This document shows positions 36,991 to 49,700 of a stretch of 64,000 nucleotides of DNA, piece after piece. A program made the position numbers and the translations under genes. Position 1 is the stretch's first letter, and every line of letters starts with the position of its first letter. Under the pieces are notes generated by a model that ran no database searches, was not told the origin of the DNA, and saw only the letters and a program-made list of their open reading frames with translations. The DNA is from Rhynchobatus australiae (Eukaryota). Location of the stretch: assembly GCA_034780895.1 (NCBI GenBank), contig JAUZTB010000063.1, positions 28,392,326-28,456,325 of the forward strand, in the 5' to 3' direction.

Positions 36991-39519
36991 TTGTACATCC
37001 AGCTGATTTTGGAAGAAAAAAATCTCCATTTTGACATGCAAATTGCTTCAAATACACTTACTTTGATCTTCTTTACCAGTCCCATTACACGTTGGGGAAA
37101 ATGGAAGTTAAATATCTCCTCTGTTTGTTGCATTTTTTTAAAAATTTGTAATCCAGTTCTTCATGAACAGAAGTTTTAACACTTAAAAAATATATTTGAG
37201 AATATTACATGCTGAGGTTATCAAGTTGTGTGATTTCACAAAACTCTTTGCAGCCAATAAATTTTGTGTTAACTTGTGTCAAAATGTTACTCTTAAATTA
37301 AATGCAGAGGAATTAAATCTACAAAACAAACAAGGTATCAAGGAAGGTGCATTGATGCCAGTCATAGAAACAGTGGCTGGAAGAACTGATTTTGTTAATG
37401 CTTTATCAGTTTGAGATAATAGAATTTGTTAATACAGTCCACCAATAATCAATGCATGATATTGGAATGGACTCATTTGTATGAATATACCATGATATGC
37501 TTGATAACTTTGCAAAATTTATCATTTTTGAAATCATGGATTAAATAAGAATTAGATTGAATGTTAATGAAACAGTATTGTTTAGAGTCATGTAGTATTC
37601 TGCAGTGTACACACAAGACTATGGTTTTTGTTTGACTTCATTCAGTTGAGCATTCCAGTGCACCCTCCTCCATCTTCACAAAGCAGTAGAAACCCCCTTA
37701 GGGACACGTGCAAAAACACAGTATCGAGTTCACAAAGGTGCCCCACACACGAATATCAAGCGCAGAGGTTGGAAGGTGTGCATTGGCCAGCTTCAAGGGA
37801 GTGTAATGGAGTCAATAGACAGGGGACAGAGTTACTTGAAAGATTTGAAAACAGAGATGTCATTGAATCGGTACTCCTGGGAAATTTTACCTTCACCCTT
37901 GGAAAGGGTATGAATGCGGGCAAAGGATTTCTGCTTGACTTTGTGCATGTCGAACCTGAAACTAGAAACTTGTGAAAAGCAGAGACAAGACCAAACTTTA
38001 GTGTAGATCAGCAGGGAGTCCAGTTTAGAGAAATAAATTATACAATGGCAACACAAGAAATGAAAGGCAGCTGTTTTTCAAAATAACCACAGCATCTAGC
38101 AACTTAGATTGGCACCTCCATTTCACAACAGATGCAAAAGGCCTTCAGGGGTGGCGTTATTGATTGATTATTGCATCCTGTGATTACACAGTGTGGCCGT
38201 GTCCCCACAGCTTTAGTCAAAGCCAATAAACTGGCCTTGCGGCCCCATTGGCATTGATGGTATCTGTCACCTAGTGTCCATTACTGACTGACATGACAGT
38301 ATGTGCCTCAGCATATTGTGCTTGTTTCAGGATTGCAGCAGCTGCATTCCAGTAGCTGCCAAACACTGCAGAGGCAGATTTTTAAAATTGCTTCCAGTCC
38401 ACTGAAAGCATAATTGTTTTTGTCAATTACAGCATTCACTGAATCAAAAGAGAAGTCTGGCACATTCTTTCAATTCGTATGCAATTAAAATCAAATTAAG
38501 GGTGCTGAACAGATTTGTAGCATTTCCACTACGTCTGGCATCAGCAAGAGGTCTGTTCGTACTGCTTTAGAGCCTTGTGTCAGTACCTTATTGTGATAAA
38601 GACTTGCTGATAATTATCTTTACTTTCCTGGATTGTGTTTTAACTTGTAAGCCTGATTGCATCTCTATTGTAATCTACAATTGTTTAGAATGTGCATGAA
38701 TAGAAAGGCCACCTGTGTGTTTTTAAATGCTCAATCAATTGCCATAATTCCTTGAATATCACTCAATTTTCTTTTGCCAAAATTGTCCAAATATGAAGGT
38801 TACATATTGAATAGAAATATTAAATGGAAACCAGGAGACTTAAATGTAAGAAATTGAATTTTTATTAAATTGAGTGAATTGCAGCACATAATTTACTGGG
38901 TGACAATAACAAGAAATGCAGTCATAAATGGAAAAAGTATTGGTAAAACTTAGATTTTGCACCTTTTGTACAGAACATGTAGGACAGTATGATTTAAGTT
39001 TTCTGTGATGTCCACATAATTATTGTTGACATAATTGCCATATTGTACCCAATCGAGCCAGGTCTTCTTTAGACCACCTATCCCTCTCTCTTCACTGTCC
39101 ATGGATATTATCTTCAGTGCTATTCATGATATAGTTGTAGCTTTCCAGGAATCTGTCTAATTTAAGAACAGTCTTTCTGGGGGGGAGGGGGTAGTTTCCT
39201 TTTATGCTTGAATGTCCAGGCAGTGCTCCGTTAGATGGTCACACACATCCCACTTTAATCATGTATTGACTGTCATTGTTTTGTTCACTGCTGCTTCAGC
39301 TGTTGAAATTTGCAGATTCTTCCTGTAATAATACAAGAAATAAAGGTGAAAGGAATTTGGCTCCTTTGGTCTGCACAGTTCAATAAGATCCTTTTTCTCA
39401 TCCATTTTCCACTTTTATCCCAATTTCTACACTAAGTTATGGTTAAAGAGATGGAAAGAGTCATCAACAGTACTATCAAATGCTCCTTGTATACTAAGAA
39501 CCTGAGTTTTTACCAGAAC

Positions 39520-40690
39520 CACTCACTTCCAGACATCATCAGTTCCTAAGACTAAACGTGGACAAAAGTATCAAAGTCCAAAGTGGAGAATGACTGCTCT
39601 TGATGTCAAAGAGAGCACTTGACCAAATGGGACACCAAGGAGATTTAATAAAACTGAAGTCAATACAATTGAAAACTCCACTTTCTGGAATTGGGTTGTT
39701 GGAGATCGCTCATCCCTGCCCCAGGATATCACTGTAAGACTGCCTCAGAGTAATGTTCTGGATGCAGCCGTCTTCAGCTACTTCATCAATGACCTTCCTT
39801 CCATTACAAGATCACAAGTTGGAATGTTTGTAGAAATTTGNNNNNNNNNNNNNNNNNNNNNNNNNNNNNNNNNNNNNNNNNNNNNNNNNNNNNNNNNNNN
39901 NNNNNNNNNNNNNNNNNNNNNNNNNNNNNNNNNNNNNNNNAATGACCTTCCTTCCATTACAAGATCACAAGTTGGAATGTTTGTAGAAATTTGCATCAAA
40001 TTTATTTTAATTTGCAGTTCCTCAGACAATGAAGTAGCTTGTGTCTGCATGCTGCAAGACCATGCATGGGTTGAAAAGTAGCAAGTAACATTTTTGCCAT
40101 GCATGTGTCAGACAGTGACCATCTCCAGCAAGAGAGAATCAGATCACCAACACTTCGCACTTAATGCTATCAGGCAGGAGGTAGAGAAGCCTGAAGTCCC
40201 ACATCACCAGGTTCAAGAACAGCTGCTTCCCTTCAACCATTCGGTTCTTGAACCAACCCGTACAACCCTCATCACTACCTCTATTATAGCAACACTATGA
40301 CCACTTTGCACCACAGTGAACTTTGTTTTATTTTGTTCTAATTGTGTTCCTTCTTGTAACACAAATTGTGTATAATTTATGTTTGTTTTTCTTGTGATTA
40401 TTGTGTATCTGATGTTATGTGCCAGTGATGCTGCTGCAAGTAGGACTTTCAATGCATACATGTACCTGTGCATATGACAATAAACTCGACTTTGATTAAT
40501 GACATTCAGATCACTGATACTTCCATATCAATATCCATGGGATCATCATTGACCAAAGGATTAACTAGAGCAACCCTAATTTAACATAAATGCTTTGGCA
40601 ACACAAGAGCAGGTTTGAGGCTGAGCATTCCATAGTGGCTCACCTTCTGACTCCACAGAGCCTTTACAAAAGGCACCAATCAGGAGTGTC
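39520..40690 (+). mobile_element. Crack/Daphne-like LINE RT fragment, interrupted by a Rex tail insertion
   Basis: RT motifs ALDVKEST..W and LPQSNVLDAAVFSYFINDLPSITRSQVGMFVE, then W..KWQVTF-like sequence. Continues after the insertion (gggatcatcattgaccaaa). Confidence 0.7.
40167..40495 (+). mobile_element. 5'-truncated Rex/Babar-type LINE 3' end with a 6-bp TSD
   Basis: tcaggcaggaggtagagaagcctgaagtcccacatcaccaggttcaagaacagc resembles SGRR.RSL..TTRFKNSF, and the tail is gacaataaactcgactttga. TTAATG occurs at 40161-40166 and 40496-40501. Confidence 0.75.
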
Positions 40691-41765
40691 ATGGACCTTC
40701 ATGGGCAAAACAGTCAGAAGCATATGGATGAAGCTGCATTTGAGGTCATAGGTACGAGATCAGTGAGGACAACAAAGGTAGATGACTGTGAGCCCATTAA
40801 ATATTATAATTTCAGGGGAAATTGGATAGGTAAAACCTGGCTGTTCTGTGTACTTTGTAATCAAAATGTAGAAAGGCTGATGGTCCCATACTATTCCTTG
40901 TGAATTACTGCAAGGTGAATAGACTTTTCTGGAGATCCTGATAGGATTTTTGTTGGCATTCTAAAAGAATTCTGGAAAAGTAGAAAGCTTGTAGTCTTAT
41001 GTAGAGCAATAATGGTGACAACTACACAACTCCAGTTGCTGTCAGAGTCTTGCTGTCCTTTTCCTAGGGTGCATACCAACAGAAATGTGAGTGCAAGTGA
41101 CCTTTGAACAGTATTTATAGAGAAGATGAGATCAAAATTGTTTTTGTTGTGCTAATCTAAATCAAATTGTTATAATTGTCAAATTGACAAAGGGCAAGTT
41201 TCTGACCAAGAGTGGTGGTCCCTTTCACCTGACATGAGGTTGTTTTCCTCAAAGGAAACCAACATTTGTAGGTTTAGCCTGAGATTTGTCTCTGAGCACA
41301 AGTTATACAACCTCATTGGGGCTGCCACTAGGCCATCCTGTGTATTTTTGTTTGAACCTTGCAATTACTTAATTTGTTTGTAATTATTACCAAACAAATA
41401 TTACTCCACTTCATTGTCTTAAGTCAGTTTTGCAGAATGCACATTGAATATTTTAATAGTTACAAAACCAAAGGATTGGGTAAGACCTTGATTCAATGTG
41501 TTACTGTAGTTTCATAGGCATCACGGTTCAATTTCTGTGTGTGTGTGTGTTGGTCATGTTATCCACGGGAGTAAATTCTAATTTAAGATTTCTGGTACAG
41601 ATTTTATTGTGTGTAACTGAATGAAATCAACCTTGGAAAACAAAATTTCATGTACATAAAATATTCTAAAAGGAACTGAAATTTCTGCATTAAGAGGAAA
41701 ATTCATTTCAAAGATGATTGTTGATATGCACTTAATTTTCTTTAAGCAATGATAAAACTCATAAA

Positions 41766-41814
41766 CTATTCAGTACAGATATTCAAATACCTATTCAGTA
41801 CAGATATTCAAATA
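41766..41814. repeat. Perfect 24-bp tandem duplication (25-bp period)
   Basis: ctattcagtacagatattcaaata at 41766-41789 and 41791-41814. Confidence 0.9.
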
Positions 41815-42049
41815 TCGAAATCTTATCCAATGACCTTAATACGTCAGACTGAATGGCCATTTACTTGATTTTTAAATGGGTGTGTACATATAAAGTTGCC
41901 CATCCAACAATCCATCACAANNNNNNNNNNNNNNNNNNNNNNNNNNNNNNNNNNNNNNNNNNNNNNNNNNNNNNNNNNNNNNNNNNNNNNNNNNNNNNNN
42001 NNNNNNNNNNNNNNNNNNNNCCATCCAACAATCCATCACAACGTTAGAC

Positions 42050-42380
42050 AATAGTTCACCAGCTCCTAAGCTCAGCCATGTGCAGGGCCACACTTGCAGC
42101 TGAGGCTGCAAGTCCACCCATGTTCCCAACTCCTGGCTCAGGTCACACACCTGGCAAACATTACCGAGGCTCAAACCTTCCTCGAAGAAGTGCTAGATCC
42201 CCACTGACTCCTGGGATTCTTGACCACTCTGAGTGGAGAAGGAGCATTCAGGTTTGTTTTGAGAACCTCAAGGCCATGCAGCAGATGCATACAGAAATCT
42301 TGCCCTGTCTGTGGAAGAGACTGCGGGGTTCTCACATCGACCTCATGAGCCACCTCCAGGATCCACAACACTAGAGTGGA
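42050..42380 (+). mobile_element. Possible Harbinger Myb/SANT gene C-terminal remnant
   Basis: GC-richer patch with the frame LKAMQQMHTEIL..RLRGS, resembling the coiled-coil tail of these accessory proteins. Weak. Confidence 0.3.
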
Positions 42381-44518
42381 AGCAATTCATCTTCTATATG
42401 AGCAGACTGCCTAAGAGGAGAAAATAGTTACACACTTCCAGGGGATCTAGGACTTCTTCAAGGAAGGTTTGAAATGCAAGACAGTTTCAAATTCTATCAG
42501 GTGTTATGCCAAAATTCGAAGATAACTATTTGAGAAAGCAAGTTATTTTTTTGTTCCTTAAAAAGGTCATAGAACAAATGGATTGGAGTGAATTCAAACT
42601 TTTTTTTATAAAGACAGTAAATGATGTATTTACGTCTTTCACTAAACTTTCCTCCTCCTCTCTTGATATTCAAATAGGACTGTAAGTGGCCCACAAATGA
42701 CGTGCGTGGTATAATTAGGGTAGAATTACAATCGTGGTTATTTCTATTAATGGAACACAAATTTAAATCCACCATTAGAACAAAAGCGTTGCAATTTCAA
42801 GGGTTACTCAGGAGATTATAAATACTGAAGTCCGAGGATGTAATTTGATAAATAGTTCCAAGTAAGTGTCTACCAACAGAATGAGGACAAAAAAAAGCAC
42901 CCAAAATGTTAAAATGATGTACTTCAATTTTAGACTGATTCATTGAGCTCTGGTTAAGTGTTGTGGCTGGTGTGGCTTTTTTTTCGCAAGAGTAATGAAG
43001 ATTATTGAAGCGAAGGATGTGATGCATTGTATTCATTTCTTCTATATCATATACCTTTCACAGGTCCTCAAGCTCAAACTGGAATTGGTAGCTGCATTTG
43101 GACAGCAACCAGACAGTTTCTGTTGCATGACAATTGAGTAGCAGCATGTCCTTAAAATTCACCATTTTGTTTTGTGCAGGTAACCTCTGCATCTTCCTTT
43201 TGTGTTGGATCCCTGATTATCCACAACAAAAAAAAATTGTGTATACTGTTTTCCCATAACTTGATTCAAATTAAATTGTTTAATTGAAATCATCAATTTA
43301 AAATTCTTGAGGGCTGACCCTCTTAGTCCAGTGGGAAGCTTGTGGTCTAGTTAAATGGCTGCACCTCACTTAACATAAAGGTGTTGAGCAGGCATCATAT
43401 GAAATGGGATCTGAGGTAGTCTTCATGATTTGAGTTAGGATAAATTTGGCTGACTTCTGCCCCCTTGCTCACACCCCTACTCCTTGGGAGTGAACAAGAT
43501 AAGTCATTGAAGGATCGGGGTGATAAGTTGTGATTGGAATGGGGATGGGCTGTCAGAATGTTTCTTTATTCAGTGAAGGCAACAGCAGCATCAACTGCTT
43601 GTGTAATGCTGTTCTTGGACCTAGAAAATGCATTTTAACTTAACTTGTGGTGTATCTGGTTGCTTCTCCTGAGCTTTGAATCCAAGGTGGCAGCTTAAAT
43701 GATTTTGTTAACCTTTCTGTCCAAAGTGAAAGAATGTTGTTTTTTCTTTAGTTTATGAGTTTAATGAAGTCCTCAGCAGAGCCATGGGTCTGAAAAATAG
43801 CAGTGAGTGGACCACTTTGATTAACACCTACTACTGCTGGTTTCCACTGATTGGAGTAAATAAATATTCCTTCTGAGACCTTGCATGCACCAACAATGAA
43901 AACCAATTATCTGTTTATGGCACAATGCTGACCTTGTCAATGGGAACCTTGGAAGTTCCAGGCCTGAGGTGATGTTAAAATGATGGAATATGTTGACTTA
44001 ATACCAGGTAAGTGACAGTGTAGGGAATAATCACATGATTTTTCCAGACTCATGGTGTACTTTCAGCAATTATTCCTCATTCTGGGCTTCAGCTAAATTT
44101 TTAACATCAATGATTCTGATATTATGTAAAAGGACGTTGCAGTACCCTGGACACAACTGGTATTATTTAGAATTAATTTGTATTAAATTCAAACTTTTAA
44201 TGTAGACTCATAATTGACCATCCTTCAGAATAAATGCAATCATAATGTTAATGGCAGCTTTAAATTATGTTGCTGGGACTTTTCCCTCAAGGCTTTGCAT
44301 TTGCAGAGTGAACAGTGTTCGCTCAGATTCAAAACTGTAAACAGGTTCAATATATGGAAATGCCCAAGGTGTATCATAAGAGGGATTCAACTTGGGCCAG
44401 GTAGCACTTGCAATCATTTCCAGGTGAAATTGTGCACATGAGGAAATTAGCTCGGGCACTTCTGTGAAGAGCTCACCTCAGTATGGCTGACGTTTTCTGG
44501 ATGTCAGTCATACACCTA

Positions 44519-47490
44519 ATCAGAATCAGGTTTATTATCACCGACATGTGTCGTGAATTTTGTTGATTTTTTTTGGCAGCAGTACAGTGCAGGACATGAA
44601 GATAAACATTACTGTAAGTTACAAAAATAAATAAATAGTGCAAAAGAGGAATAACGAGGTTGGTTCATGAAACCATGAACACTTTCAGAAATCTGATGGC
44701 AGAGGGGAAGAAGCTGTTCCTGAATCGCTGAGTGTGGGTCTTCGGGCTCCTCCCTGATGATCGTAACCCTCCTCGCCTTCTTGAGGCACCACCTCTTGAA
44801 GATGCCCTCGATGGCAGGGAGGGTTGCATCCATGATGGAGTTGGCTGAGTCTACAACCCTCGTCAGCCGCTGTCAATCCTGCATATTGGAACCTCCATAC
44901 CAGGCAGTGATGCAACCCGTCGGAATGCTCTCCACTGTACATCTGCAGNNNNNNNNNNNNNNNNNNNNNNNNNNNNNNNNNNNNNNNNNNNNNNNNNNNN
45001 NNNNNNNNNNNNNNNNNNNNNNNNNNNNNNNNNNNNNNNNNNNNNNNNNNNNNNNNNNNNNNNNNNNNNNNNNNNNNNNNNNNNNNNNNNNNNNNNNNNN
45101 NNNNNNNNNNNNNNNNNNNNNNNNNNNNNNNNNNNNNNNNNNNNNNNNNNNNNNNNNNNNNNNNNNNNNNNNNNNNNNNNNNNNNNNNNNNNNNNNNNNN
45201 NNNNNNNNNNNNNNNNNNNNNNNNNNNNNNNNNNNNNNNNNNNNNNNNNNNNNNNNNNNNNNNNNNNNNNNNNNNNNNNNNNNNNNNNNNNNNNNNNNNN
45301 NNNNNNNNNNNNNNNNNNNNNNNNNNNNNNNNNNNNNNNNNNNNNNNNNNNNNNNNNNNNNNNNNNNNNNNNNNNNNNNNNNNNNNNNNNNNNNNNNNNN
45401 NNNNNNNNNNNNNNNNNNNNNNNNNNNNATCAATGTGTTGGGCCCAGGATAGATCCTCTGAGATGTTGACACCCAGGAACTTGAAGCTGCTCACCCTTTC
45501 CACTGACTCCTCGAAGAAGACTGGTGTGTGTTCTCCTGACTTCCCCTTCCTGGAGTCCACAATCAGTTCCTTGGTCTTGCTGACGTTGAGTGTGAGGTTG
45601 TTGTTGCAACACCAGTCACGCAGCAGATTTTTCTCACTCCTGTATGCTCCTCACTGCCATCTGAGATTCTACCAATAACAGTAGTATCATCGGCAAATTT
45701 ATGGATGGTGTTTGAGCTGTGCCTAGCCACACAGTCATGAGTGTTGAGAGAGTAGAGCAGTGGTCTAAGCACGCATCCTTGAGGTGTGCTTGTGTTGATT
45801 GTCAGTGAGGAGGGGATGTTATTACCTTCTGAAGCAGGGAACCTCTGACTGCAGCAGTGAGAGGTTGAAGATGTCCTTGGACTCTCCAGGCAGATGGTCA
45901 GTACAGATTTCAGTACCCTGCCAGGTACACCATCAGGGCCTGATGCTTTGCGAGGGTTCATCCTCCTGAAGGATGTTCTGACATCGGCCTCCGAGACGGA
46001 GATCACAGCTTTGCCGGATGCTGTGGGGATTCGTTATTCTCCCTTTCAAAGCATGCATGAAAGGCATTGAGCTCATCGGGAAGTGAAGCATCACTGCCAC
46101 TTATGCTGTTAGGTTTCACCTTATAGGAAGTAACGGTATACAACCCCTGTCACAGCTGTCCTGCATCCGATTGTGTCTCAAACTTCACATGGAATTGCCT
46201 TTTTGCTCTCTCAATGGCCTTCCGTAGGTTGTACCTGGACTTCTTGTCAGGTTCTGGATCCCCAGTCTTGAATGCCACAGATCTGGCCCTCAGCAGACTG
46301 CGAATCTCCTGGTTTATCCGGCTTCTGGTTTGGGAAAACTCAGTGTGTTCTGGATGGCACACACTCATCCACGCAGGTCTTAATGAGGTCGGTGATGGCC
46401 GTGGCATATTCATTCAGATCCGAAGATGAATCCCTGAATATGGTCCAGATTCAAAGCAGTCCTGTAAACACCCCTCTGCCTCCCTCGACCACACCTTTGA
46501 AGTCCTCGCCCTGGTGCTGTGGTCTTCAGTTTCTGCCTACGTGTCAGGAGTAAAAGTACAGCCAGGTGATCGGACTTGCCAAAGTGCGGACAGGGGATGG
46601 CACGGTAGGTGCTCTTGATGGTGGTGTAGCAGTGATCGACTGTGTTGGCTCCTCTGTTTCCACAGGTGACATATTGGCAGTAGTTGGTCAGAGACTTCTC
46701 CAAGCTGGCCTGGTTGAAGTCCCCTGCGATGATTGGGAAGGCATCAGGGTGAGCTGTCTCGTGACTGATCACAGTGCTCAGCTCCCCCAGTGCCAGCTTG
46801 ACATTTGCCAGGGGTGGAATGCACACCGCTACCAGGATGACGGCGGAGAACTCCCTTGGCAGATAAAATGGACCACACTTGACCACCAGATGTTCCAGTT
46901 TGGGGGAACAGGTCTGAGACAGAACCGCCACATCTGTGCACCACAATGAGTTAATCATGAAGCAAACCACCTCTGCCTTTACCTGATGCCGCCGTCTGGT
47001 CTCTGTGGTGGATGGTGAAGCTCTCGGGCTGGAGCGCTGTGTCCGGAGTGCTGGGAGTGAGCCATGTCTCTGTGAAGCAGAGCACACAACAGTCCCTGAT
47101 GTCCCCCTCTGGTACTGCCCTCTGCTTCTGAGGTCTTCAATGTTATTTTCCAGAGACTGTACATTAGCCAGCAAGATGGTGGGGGGGGGGCTTTAGGACA
47201 ACTTGTGATGTCACAAGTTGTGCACTGCACATTTCCTGCCTTAGTGATTTAAACTGGACCTTTTGGGTACAATCTTTGACTCTCAGTGGATACTCGCTGT
47301 ACAACCAGGAGCATGTTATCATATTTCTTTGTTGCATTTGTACTTATTTGAAGAAATGCTCTTCAGAATTTGCTGCAAGATGCTCAAACTCTGTAGAAAG
47401 AACGCACAGCGTGCTTAAAGCCGACAGATTAAACTGCTCACAAACTCATTCCATGAGTACCTCAGTAGGACGCCGCTGGTCGCACTCCAT
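44519..47490 (-). mobile_element. Near full-length but defective Rex1/Babar LINE (APE endonuclease, RT and 3' tail)
   Basis: ORF 46410-47174 has LANVQSLENN..AGDFNQA..DHCYTTIK..HFGKSDHLAVLL (APE). ORF 45563-46006 has NPRKASGPDGVPGRVLK..PQGCVLRPLLYSL..KFADDTTVIGRI (RT). Also VERVSSFKFLGVNISEDLSW and CTVESIPTGCITAWYG, with the tail at 44519-44750. Frameshifts and deletions are present. Confidence 0.93.
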
Positions 47491-47699
47491 CAGCAATCTT
47501 TCCAGCTGAAGCATAGCAGGGTCTGCAACAATGCAAGCAGTCACCACCCCAGTGTCGGTTCTCTGCACAGTGAAGGATGTTATTTCTCCTGTGGGAGGAT
47601 GCAGTTAAACAGTGCTGGTGCTTTCAGAATCATTTATATCAGGAGAAAAACCTCAGTTCTACAAACAGTGGAAATCATAGGAGAGGAGGAGAGGCGAGG

Positions 47700-48781
47700 C
47701 AATGAGAGGAGAGGCTGTGTTTGATTTGTTATTGGGAAACGAACCTGGTCGGGTGTCAGATCTCTCGGTGGGTGAACATTTTGGTGAGTGTGATCATAAT
47801 TCTATCTCCTTTTAGTTAGCACTGGAGAGGGGTGGGAACAGGCAGACTAGAAAGGTGTTTACTTGGAGCAAAGAGAATTATGAGGCTCTCAGGCAGGAAA
47901 CTGGAAGATTAAATTGGGAACAGATGTTCTCTGGGAAAAATGTGGAAGAAATGTGGCAAATATTCAGGGGGTATTTGTGTGGAGCTCTGCATAGACATGA
48001 GACAGGGGAGTCACGAGAGGATACAGGAACCGTGGTGTACAAAGGTTTATAATAAATCTAGTCAAAAGGAAAAGAAAAGCATACAAAAGGCACAGAGAGC
48101 TAGGTAATGTTAGAGATCTGGAAGAGTACAAGGCTAAGAAGAAGGAACTTAAAGAGATTAGGAGAGCCAGAAGGGGACATGAGAAGGCCTTGGCGGGCAG
48201 GATTAAGGAAAACCCCAAGGTGTTCTANNNNNNNNNNNNNNNNNNNNNNNNNNNNNNNNNNNNNNNNNNNNNNNNNNNNNNNNNNNNNNNNNNNNNNNNN
48301 NNNNNNNNNNNNNNNNNNNNNNNNNNNGAATGTGGAGCATGCCTTATGAAAGCAGGTTGAGGGAACTCGGCCTTTTCTCCTTGGAGAGAGACAGGATGAG
48401 GGGGGGGGGGGAACCTGATAGAGGTGTATAAGATGATGAGAGGCATTGATCGGGTAGATAGTCAGGGGCTATTCCCCAGGGCTGAAATGGTTACCACCAG
48501 AGGACATAGATTTAAGGTGCTGGGGAATAGATACAGAGGAGATGTCAGGGGTAAGTTTTTTACTCAGAGAGTGGTGAGTGCATGGAATGGGCTGCCAGAA
48601 ATGGTAGTGGAGGCGGATACAATAGGGTCTTTCAAGAGACTGTTAGACAGGTACATGGAGCTGAGTAAAATAGAGGGCTTATGGGTAAGCCTAGTAATTT
48701 CTAGGTTAGGGATATTTTCGGCACAGCTTTGTGGGCCGAAGGGCCTGAATTGTGATGTAGTTTTTCTATGTTCTATGTTCA
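47700..48781 (+). mobile_element. CR1 LINE: endonuclease C-terminus/linker, gap, and ORF2 3' end with tail
   Basis: RGEAVFDLLLGNEPGRVSDLSVGEHFGECDHNSISF, then YKMMRGIDRVDSQGLFPRAEMVTTRGHRFKVLGNRYRGDVRGKFFTQRVVSAWNGLP, with the tail ttctatgttctatgttc. Confidence 0.93.
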
Positions 48782-48879
48782 TAATACTTTTTTTAACAAA
48801 ATTACACAGTCCATTGCCTTTCCCATTTCACCACCTCACACGTGGATCACAGTCCTGGAGTATATCATGAATAAAACAG

Positions 48880-49700
48880 CATCTCCTTTGTGGCTGCAGT
48901 CTACCTCCTGGAGATGTCTGTGGTCCATGGGGAGTTCCTGCCCTAGATGGGCTGGCCTCTGACTGCTACCCTGGGTCAATTGCTGGAGGAGGCTCGGATT
49001 GCTCGTGGTGCTGCACAGCCAAGCATGTTGCTACTGTCCATGGTGGGAGGTGACTTGGTACCCTCGTGGAGGGGATTATAAGTGGCTTGAACCCGTGCAC
49101 TAGGTGACTTCTCAGGGCATGGGTGGACAATGGTCCAACAATCTGCTGGTATTCTGACAGCTCCACCATTGTTTCACCTCAGACCTGGAGCTGACTGGGG
49201 AGGCAGCCCCCAGTCACAGATGTCTGGTCTATTTCCTCTTCTCCTCAGAGTCAGGTCTCTGCGCAGTCTGCTCTCAATAAAGAGCAGGGGTGTGGGGGGC
49301 ATGCAAAAGTGAGACTAGTTCATGTGTGCCATATTTCTGCTCATGTTAGAGATTAGCCTGTTCATATGTGGCATTCCTCTGCACATGGAAGGCATCCCTG
49401 GTGGCATGTTGCCTCTCCTTCAAGCTCCTACGTCGCTGTGTCCAGACTTTTTCTGGATCAGCAGGAGACTGCCATGGAAGCAGCTGAGTTTTGTGTTGTC
49501 TCCATCTTGCTTCCACGGCAGCTGTCAAACAAGCCTGTGGATGCTGTGTCACAGGGTTGCCACTGGATATCCAGTAAAGAAGTACACTTGACTTCCAGAA
49601 TCTGGATAACCTCCTTGGAGATGGACTGAGTCATGCTCTTTGTCATCTTCTGCAGTCAATGAGGTAAACCACCTGGGCATGCATTTGCATCAGCATTCTT
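48880..49700 (-). mobile_element. Possible Harbinger Myb/SANT gene C-terminal remnant
   Basis: GC-richer patch with several short ORFs, e.g. MTKSMTQSISKEVIQILEVKCTSLLD..ATL, resembling the low-complexity coiled-coil tails of Harbinger accessory proteins. Weak. Confidence 0.3.

Noticed and set aside
39788-39993. 53-bp direct repeat on both sides of a 100-N gap
   Set aside because: Identical sequence flanking a fixed-size gap indicates unmerged contig overlap, an assembly artefact.
41900-42041. 21-bp direct repeat (ccatccaacaatccatcacaa) flanking a 100-N gap
   Set aside because: Same contig-overlap artefact pattern; not a TSD.
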